The translations under genes were made by a program, and so were the position numbers. The notes beneath the pieces are model-generated. The model searched no databases. It worked only from the letters and a program-made list of their open reading frames with translations, and had not been told where the DNA came from. Shown here in pieces: positions 59,375 to 64,000 of a DNA stretch of 64,000 nt. The stretch covers positions 388,059-452,058 of the forward strand of contig CAWFND010000008.1 of assembly GCA_963817095.1 (NCBI GenBank), written 5' to 3'. The number at the start of each line of letters is the position of its first letter. Positions within the stretch are counted from its first letter, which is position 1. This DNA comes from an uncultured Chloroflexia bacterium (GTDB lineage: Bacteria; Chloroflexota; Limnocylindria; Limnocylindrales; CSP1-4).

Positions 59375-60313
59375 TCAGGGGGCCAGCACGACTGGGACCG
59401 GAGTACCCTGCTGGAGGTCGAGCACGACCCGGTCGCCGAGCGGGGCGGCCAGCGTCGCGGTAGCCGTGCGCCGCGCCCCTACGGCCGAGCAGGCGCCGAT
59501 CGTCAGGTGTGGATGCCGGGTGACGATGACCACGACCGCGAGGTCGGACTCGACGGCCTCCGCGGTGTAGTCCTCGCCGCACGGCTTGTCCCCCGGGTCG
59601 GGCGCGCCGACGAAGGCGACCGTGAGCTCGGTTCCGCTTACCGACCCGCTGGCCGAGTCGATCGAGAGCCCGAGCCCCGAGCCTACCTCGTCGGGTGCGA
59701 GGACGACCGGGTTCGCGATGGCGACACGGGTGACCTTGACCGCGGTGCCCTGCACCGTGAACTCCCAGATCGGCGCGGTCGCGGGGCCGCGGGTGGTCTG
59801 GATCGGACCGGACGTCAGGCGCGCGTCCGTCACCAGAAGCATCGAGCAGTCGGAGCAGGGCGCCTCCGTGGTGTTCTCGATCGCGACGATCGCCTGTTGC
59901 GCCGCGAGAAGGGGGACAATCGTCGTCGTCCCGTCCTGCCACGTCACCTCGCCGTCCGGCGGTGCCTCCTCGGACAGCGGGTTCGCGGACGCCACCATCC
60001 CGGCCATGAGCGCTTGCTTGTTGTTGCCGCCCACCGCCTCCTCCCAGTCGCCGACCTGGCCCGTTAGCTCGCCGACCGGGGTGACAGCAGCATTCGCGCC
60101 CGCGGCGGCCACCGCATCCGCCCACTTGGAGAGCACAGCTTGCGCCCGCTGACGGGCAGCGGCCGAGTCGGTGGCTCGCGGCAGGGGCGAGACGATCGCG
60201 GAAGGCGAGGCGCTGACGCCCAAGGCCGGCGACATGGTGGCGCCGGCGGACGGCGAGGAGCACGCGCCGAGAAGAGAAGCGATGAGCAGTGCAAGGATGC
60301 CGATGCGAGCCAT
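59375..60313 (-). CDS. lipoprotein, unknown function
   Basis: ATG at 60313 in ORF 59375..60355. It has a signal peptide with the lipobox LLGAC and is intact. Confidence 0.6.
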   Translation of the reverse strand: MARIGILALLIASLLGACSSPSAGATMSPALGVSASPSAIVSPLPRATDSAAARQRAQAVLSKWADAVAAAGANAAVTPVGELTGQVGDWEEAVGGNNKQALMAGMVASANPLSEEAPPDGEVTWQDGTTTIVPLLAAQQAIVAIENTTEAPCSDCSMLLVTDARLTSGPIQTTRGPATAPIWEFTVQGTAVKVTRVAIANPVVLAPDEVGSGLGLSIDSASGSVSGTELTVAFVGAPDPGDKPCGEDYTAEAVESDLAVVVIVTRHPHLTIGACSAVGARRTATATLAAPLGDRVVLDLQQGTPVPVVLAP

Positions 60314-60481
60314 GCCATCCTTTGCGATGAGCCGATGCCGATGCCGTCGCAACACTACTCGGACGAGCGAACCCGACGATTGGTTCCGCGAAACACCATG
60401 GGGCGGGTGCGCGGACAGCCAGTCGTCCTCGGATAGTGCCGGAGTGCTTGACCCCCACCTTGCGGGGCGCAGACTTCGACC

Positions 60482-60838
60482 ATGCGTAACCGCCGCCGGA
60501 TCCTGTGGTCGCTGCCGTGGGCGCTCGCTCTCGTCGGCCTAGCGGTGCCGATGGTCGGGAGCGGGTTTGTCGGCTGGCCGTTCGTGGTCGGCTGGCTTGT
60601 GCTGATGGTGGTGACGTGGTGGGTCCGACCGCTCGGCGGTGCTGACAGGAGCGCGAGGCTCGCGGCCGGCGTCTTCGTGGTGGTGGCGCTCGCCCTCCTC
60701 GGCACGCTCGGCGGGTTCTACCTCATCCCGTCGGTCGTCGCGTGGCTGGCGCTCGTCGCGACGGAGCCGCCTCGCCCCACGCCGGATGGGCAGCAGTTTG
60801 CGCGAGCAATCGCCCCAGAGTTAGAGAACCCCCGCTAG
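60482..60838 (+). CDS. small membrane protein (118 aa)
   Basis: ORF 60482..60838 has three to four hydrophobic helices. Its stop overlaps the convergent mini-LuxR b stop. Confidence 0.5.
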   Translation: MRNRRRILWSLPWALALVGLAVPMVGSGFVGWPFVVGWLVLMVVTWWVRPLGGADRSARLAAGVFVVVALALLGTLGGFYLIPSVVAWLALVATEPPRPTPDGQQFARAIAPELENPR

Positions 60839-61080
60839 TCGTCCGTCTCGGCTCCGCCCTCGGGCTCCGGCAGACGCGGGGCCAGGATCCACACGAGCTG
60901 TGCCGTCGTCGCCGCACCCACCTTGGACCGGGCGTTCGCCAGGTGGTGCTTGACGGTCGAGTGCGACAGGCCGAGTCGGTGGGCGGCCGCCTTCTCCGAC
61001 CTGGCGACTAGGACCGCAGCGACCACCCCGACCTCACGGTCGGTGGCGCGTCCAGGTGGGCGGCGCGGCCGGCAGGTCAT
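60835..61080 (-). CDS. mini-LuxR: stand-alone GerE-type HTH protein (81 aa), paralog b (intact)
   Basis: ORF 60835..61080 reads TDREVGVVAAVLVARSEKAAAHRLGLSHSTVKHHLANARSKVGAATTAQLVWIL, which fits the LuxR C-terminal HTH pattern. There is no receiver or ligand domain. Confidence 0.7.
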   Translation of the reverse strand: MTCRPRRPPGRATDREVGVVAAVLVARSEKAAAHRLGLSHSTVKHHLANARSKVGAATTAQLVWILAPRLPEPEGGAETDD

Positions 61081-61202
61081 GCGCTGCAGACCAGTTCGAA
61101 GGGCTCTGGAGGCTCTGCGAGGCGCATTGAGATCGGAAGGTCGTGCGTGGCGGCGCTATCCCACTAGCCCGCGACCGCGTCAAGTAGGGCGCTAGTGTCC
61201 GT

Positions 61203-61631
61203 GTGGGGACGGCCCGGCTGATCCTTGCCTTCGGAGGGTCGTGTGCCGAGACTCTGCGCATGATCCGCCTCATCCACGAGCACAACACCCTGAACGGGCT
61301 GCGGTTCAGTGTGATCGAGTTCGCGGCGATGGCCGTGGTCGTGGTTGGCTTCGCGATCTACGTCGTGAACGCCGGTGCGGACGTTCTTCGCATCGCCCTT
61401 CTGGGCGTCGGCGCCAACTGCCTCGTGGTCGCCGCGCTTGGTATCCGCTCACTGCAGGCGGGCGAACAGGATCGGAGCCTCGGCGCGACCTTCAGCTCAT
61501 CGTCACGGGCGCGGATCCTCGAGGAACACCCGCATGCGCAACGCGCTACCTGGGTCCTCAGCGCACTGACCCTGATCCCGTTTGCGGTGGCGACCGCCGT
61601 GCTCGCTGAGCGCGTCCGTGGACGAGCGTGA
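61203..61631 (+). CDS. membrane protein (alternative start 61260)
   Basis: ORF 61203..61631 has three hydrophobic helices and is divergent from mini-LuxR b. Confidence 0.45.
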   Translation: MGTARLILAFGGSCAETLRMIRLIHEHNTLNGLRFSVIEFAAMAVVVVGFAIYVVNAGADVLRIALLGVGANCLVVAALGIRSLQAGEQDRSLGATFSSSSRARILEEHPHAQRATWVLSALTLIPFAVATAVLAERVRGRA

Positions 61632-61775
61632 CGTGGGCCATGTCCTCGGTTTCGGGCAGGCGCGGGGCGAGGATGCGCGCGAGGTGCGCCGTGGTCGCCA
61701 CACCGACCTTGGAGCGGGCATTCGCCAGGTGGTGCTTCACGGTCGAGTGCGAGAGGCCGCGTCGGTTGGGTCCGT
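61558..61775 (-). pseudogene. mini-LuxR paralog c, 5'-truncated/recombined
   Basis: GLSHSTVKHHLANARSKVGVATTAHLARILAPRLPETE is retained (ORF 61558..61740). The N-terminal half is replaced by the 3' end of the wHTH gene and a tandem duplication. Confidence 0.5.
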
Positions 61776-62111
61776 CGAGGAGGCCGCGTCGGTTGGGTCC
61801 GTCGAGGAGGCCGCCAGTCCCTTGAGCCGGTCGAGTTGCTCCCAGTGCGCCGCGGTCCGCTCCTTGCCGACCGGGGTCAGCGACGCGCTGGTATTGGGGC
61901 GCTTTCCGACGAACGACTTCTCGATCCGGACCAGGCCGGCGTCTTCCAGCTTGGTCAGGTGGCTCGAGAGGTTGCCCTGGGTGAGACCGGTCGTGCGCTG
62001 AAGGAACACGAAGTCGGCGGCGCGAACCGAGGACAGGACGGTCAGGATCGCGAGGCGGGCCGGCTCGTGGATGAGTCGATCGAGGACGAGCTCGTCGCTA
62101 CCCGCCGACAC
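61737..62111 (-). CDS. winged-helix transcriptional regulator (ArsR/MarR-like)
   Basis: ORF 61737..62111 reads IHEPARLAILTVLSSVRAADFVFLQRTTGLTQGNLSSHLTKLEDAGLV. Confidence 0.65.
   Translation of the reverse strand: MSAGSDELVLDRLIHEPARLAILTVLSSVRAADFVFLQRTTGLTQGNLSSHLTKLEDAGLVRIEKSFVGKRPNTSASLTPVGKERTAAHWEQLDRLKGLAASSTDPTDAASSTDPTDAASRTRP
61753..61814. repeat. 27-bp tandem duplication (2.3 units)
   Basis: GAGGCCGCGTCGGTTGGGTCCGTCGAG occurs at 61753-61779 and 61780-61806, followed by GAGGCCGC. It encodes a duplicated ASSTDPTDA at the C-terminus of ORF 61737..62111. Confidence 0.85.
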
Positions 62112-62744
62112 GGGTGCTCTCGAGCTGGTCGCCGGCCGGCATCGCGAGTGAGCGGGCGAGGACGCGCTGGTCGAGCAGCCCGGAGACCATCGCGGCGAGC
62201 CCGAGCGGGATCATCGCCAGCGCGTCGCGGTCCACACCGAGTCCGCCCCAGATCGGCAGCAGCCCGGCCACGAAGACGGCACCCCAGATGACGAGGTGGT
62301 GCGGCCGCAGGCCGACGAGGATCGCGTAGTAGGCCAGGGTCGCGAGCGCGAACGCCGAGGCGTAGATGCACTGCGGTCCGTCGGGCGACCAGAACAGCGC
62401 TGGTTCGCGCCGACGAACAGGATCGCGATCCAGGCGACGAGCGCGAGGGCCTGGCGGATGACGGTCGCGGGTCGGGGTGACCGAACCATAGTGGTCGCGG
62501 TAGTAGCGACCGATCAACAGGGAGGCTCGCTCCGGCGATCGCCAGGCCGCCGAGGATGAGCGACGATCGCCCCGATCCCGGTCGGCCGGCTTTGCAGGTT
62601 CGAGATCCCCGCCACGATCATGCCGATCCCCAGCGGGATCGTCCAGAGCCCCTGCAGGTACGGGTAGTCGGCCCCTGCCGACTCGAGCTGTCGTCGATCC
62701 ATCGCTGTTTCGCCTCTTCCAAACTGGTTGACATCACAAACCAT
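62098..62744 (-). pseudogene. membrane protein partnered with the wHTH regulator, frameshifted
   Basis: Hydrophobic segments are distributed over ORFs 62514..62744, 62211..62489 and 62098..62517. Confidence 0.45.
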
Positions 62745-62847
62745 AGCGGTGGAGGACGATTGATGTCAACTAGTTTGTGGGACAGAGTTCGGCAAGGTCG
62801 AAGAAAGACCTTCTTCCAGTGGCGCCACGATCTCGGCAAGCAGACCG

Positions 62848-63132
62848 CTACTCGTCCGAAGCGGCGATGACCTTCGGCTCCGGCAACCGCGGCGCCAGGA
62901 TCCACACGAGCTACGCCGTCGTCGCCACGCCGACCTTCGACCGCGCGTTCGCCAGGTGGTGCTTCACGGTCGAGTGCGACACGCCGAGCCGGTGGGCGGC
63001 TGCCTTCTCCGATCCGGCGACGAGGACCGCTGCGACCACCCCGACCTCACGGTCCGTGGCGCGCTCCGCGGGCCCCGATCGGACCGAGTTCGGGCTCTCA
63101 CGCCAACCGCCTCGCCGCGGCCAGCCACTCAT
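62848..63132 (-). pseudogene. mini-LuxR paralog d with in-frame TAG at 62911-62913 (Gln codon in paralog b)
   Basis: ORF 62911..63132 encodes ...TDREVGVVAAVLVAGSEKAAAHRLGVSHSTVKHHLANARSKVGVATTA*. Past the TAG, the frame continues LVWILAPRLPEPK... to 62848, matching paralog b. Confidence 0.6.
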
Positions 63133-63210
63133 CCCGCCCCGGCGAGGAACACCAGGAGGAGCTCGACTTCGCTCATCGGGCCGCCGAGACGGGGTTGACG
63201 GCGCGGATGT

Positions 63211-63330
63211 ACCCGGTGGGGGGAACCGGGAGTCGGTGTGGATCGGACCAGCGCGCCGTCACGAGGGAAGGGTGGCGGTGGCGAGCCGCGGTTTCTACTT
63301 GGCCGATTGGGCCATGCCTACCGACACCAC
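63211..63330. repeat. conserved noncoding segment, copy d (homolog of 59225..59334)
   Basis: See 59225..59334. It lies between the stop of 63351..63770 and the mini-LuxR d start. Confidence 0.6.
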
Positions 63331-63350
63331 GGGCGCCGGGTCAGGCGACC

Positions 63351-63770
63351 TCACCCGGTCGGGGGCGTCCAGTGCAGGATGAGGAGGGCGACCAGCACCA
63401 CTGCGTTCACCCCGAGCGCGGCGACCGTGTTGAACATCGGCCAGGTCCCGAAGAAGAGGACGATCCCAACCGTCGAGACGACGGCCGACACGATGGCGAG
63501 GGGCTGCCACGCGTCTCCGCTGCCGAACCAGAACAGCAGCGCGGCCGCCACGAACCCGACAAGCGACGCGATCCAGAACGCGCTCGCCACGATGGTCGCG
63601 GTGCCTGGAGCGAGCGAGGGCACGAGCCACGACCGCGCCGCGGTCCACGCGCCGGTCGCGGTCCCCGGTCGGGCAGCCAGCCACGCCAGGGCCGCGAGGG
63701 CGCCCCCGTGTCCGAGGCCGTGCACCAGCAGCACGCCGAACCAGACGACTCGAACGGCCTGATCGGACAT
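63351..63770 (-). CDS. membrane protein (139 aa)
   Basis: ATG at 63770 within ORF 63351..63920 (MSDQAVRVVWFGVLLVHGLGHGG...), with four hydrophobic helices. Confidence 0.55.
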   Translation of the reverse strand: MSDQAVRVVWFGVLLVHGLGHGGALAALAWLAARPGTATGAWTAARSWLVPSLAPGTATIVASAFWIASLVGFVAAALLFWFGSGDAWQPLAIVSAVVSTVGIVLFFGTWPMFNTVAALGVNAVVLVALLILHWTPPTG

Positions 63771-63838
63771 GTGTGCACTCCACTGCAACGACGGGTGAAC
63801 GGGCAACCGTGCCCGGAGACGATGACGTTCCGGCGAGG

Positions 63839-64000
63839 CTAGGGGGCCGACGCTTCCTTTCCTTCGAGGAGGCCCTTCAGACCGGTCCAGATTCGGAGTT
63901 CTTGCCGCCGACCCAGCCACGCGACCAGCGGGCCCATCAGCTTGACCATGCCGTGCGGCTGGATCTCCCCCGACCAGCGCATCCGGGTCCCCTCCCGAAC
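63839..64000 (-). CDS. SRPBCC-like protein, C-terminal 53 codons (5' end outside window)
   Basis: The minus-strand frame is open from 64000 to the TAG at 63839: VREGTRMRWSGEIQPHGMVKLMGPLVAWLGRRQELRIWTGLKGLLEGKEASAP*. It is not in the ORF track because no start codon lies in the window. Confidence 0.45.
   Translation of the reverse strand, partial: VREGTRMRWSGEIQPHGMVKLMGPLVAWLGRRQELRIWTGLKGLLEGKEASAP

Noticed and set aside
59125-63132. Diversity-generating retroelement (template/variable repeat) as an explanation for the repeated 130-nt mini-LuxR core.
   Set aside because: There is no reverse transcriptase in the window. The differences between copies are mostly synonymous third-position changes of all base types, not adenine-specific.
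54132-64000. A classical integrative island or prophage at tRNA-Gln.
   Set aside because: There is no integrase, excisionase, transposase or phage gene in the 10 kb downstream, and no duplicated tRNA 3' end. Only the unusual 12-mer copies are present, and these are reported as a finding instead.

Overview
This is a 64-kb stretch of a very GC-rich, Actinomycetota-like chromosome, gene-dense on both strands. It is mostly housekeeping and metabolism. The recognisable genes include a DUF1611/dipeptide-epimerase pair, DUF1015, adenosine deaminase, lipA and a 2-oxoacid dehydrogenase set (E2 at 20.3-21.8 kb; E3-E1alpha-E1beta at 24.5-28.0 kb). Also present are plsY, glpK-glpD, mutY, an LLM oxidoreductase, an aldehyde dehydrogenase, a P-type ATPase, metY-metX, an LCP protein, and an ABC-exporter plus NarL-type two-component module. 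RNA features are tRNA-Glu(CUC), tRNA-Gln(CUG), a clear TPP riboswitch in front of a ThiY-like binding protein/permease pair, and a probable SAM-type leader with an intrinsic terminator in front of metY-metX. I saw no rRNA, CRISPR array, transposase, integrase or recognisable defence genes.

Four things stand out:
1. Reading frames are broken in blocks (about 8.6-9.1, 11.0-16.3, 25.6-28.5, 52.2-53.7 and 55.1-56.1 kb), while kilobases of neighbouring genes are perfectly intact.
2. A 147-nt element bounded by inverted repeats occurs twice (1.3 kb and 31.0 kb). The copies differ by compensatory changes in their hairpins, and each sits next to an intrinsic terminator.
3. The 437-bp gap after tRNA-Gln carries phased copies of a 12-mer identical to the tRNA's anticodon arm.
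4. The tRNA-Gln-distal region (54-64 kb) looks accessory. It holds four paralogous GerE-HTH-only (mini-LuxR) genes or remnants interleaved with small membrane proteins, with signs of both purifying selection and recent rearrangement.

All calls come from reading the sequence and the ORF track by eye. No database search was run. Many long antisense ORFs in the track are GC-driven shadow ORFs.
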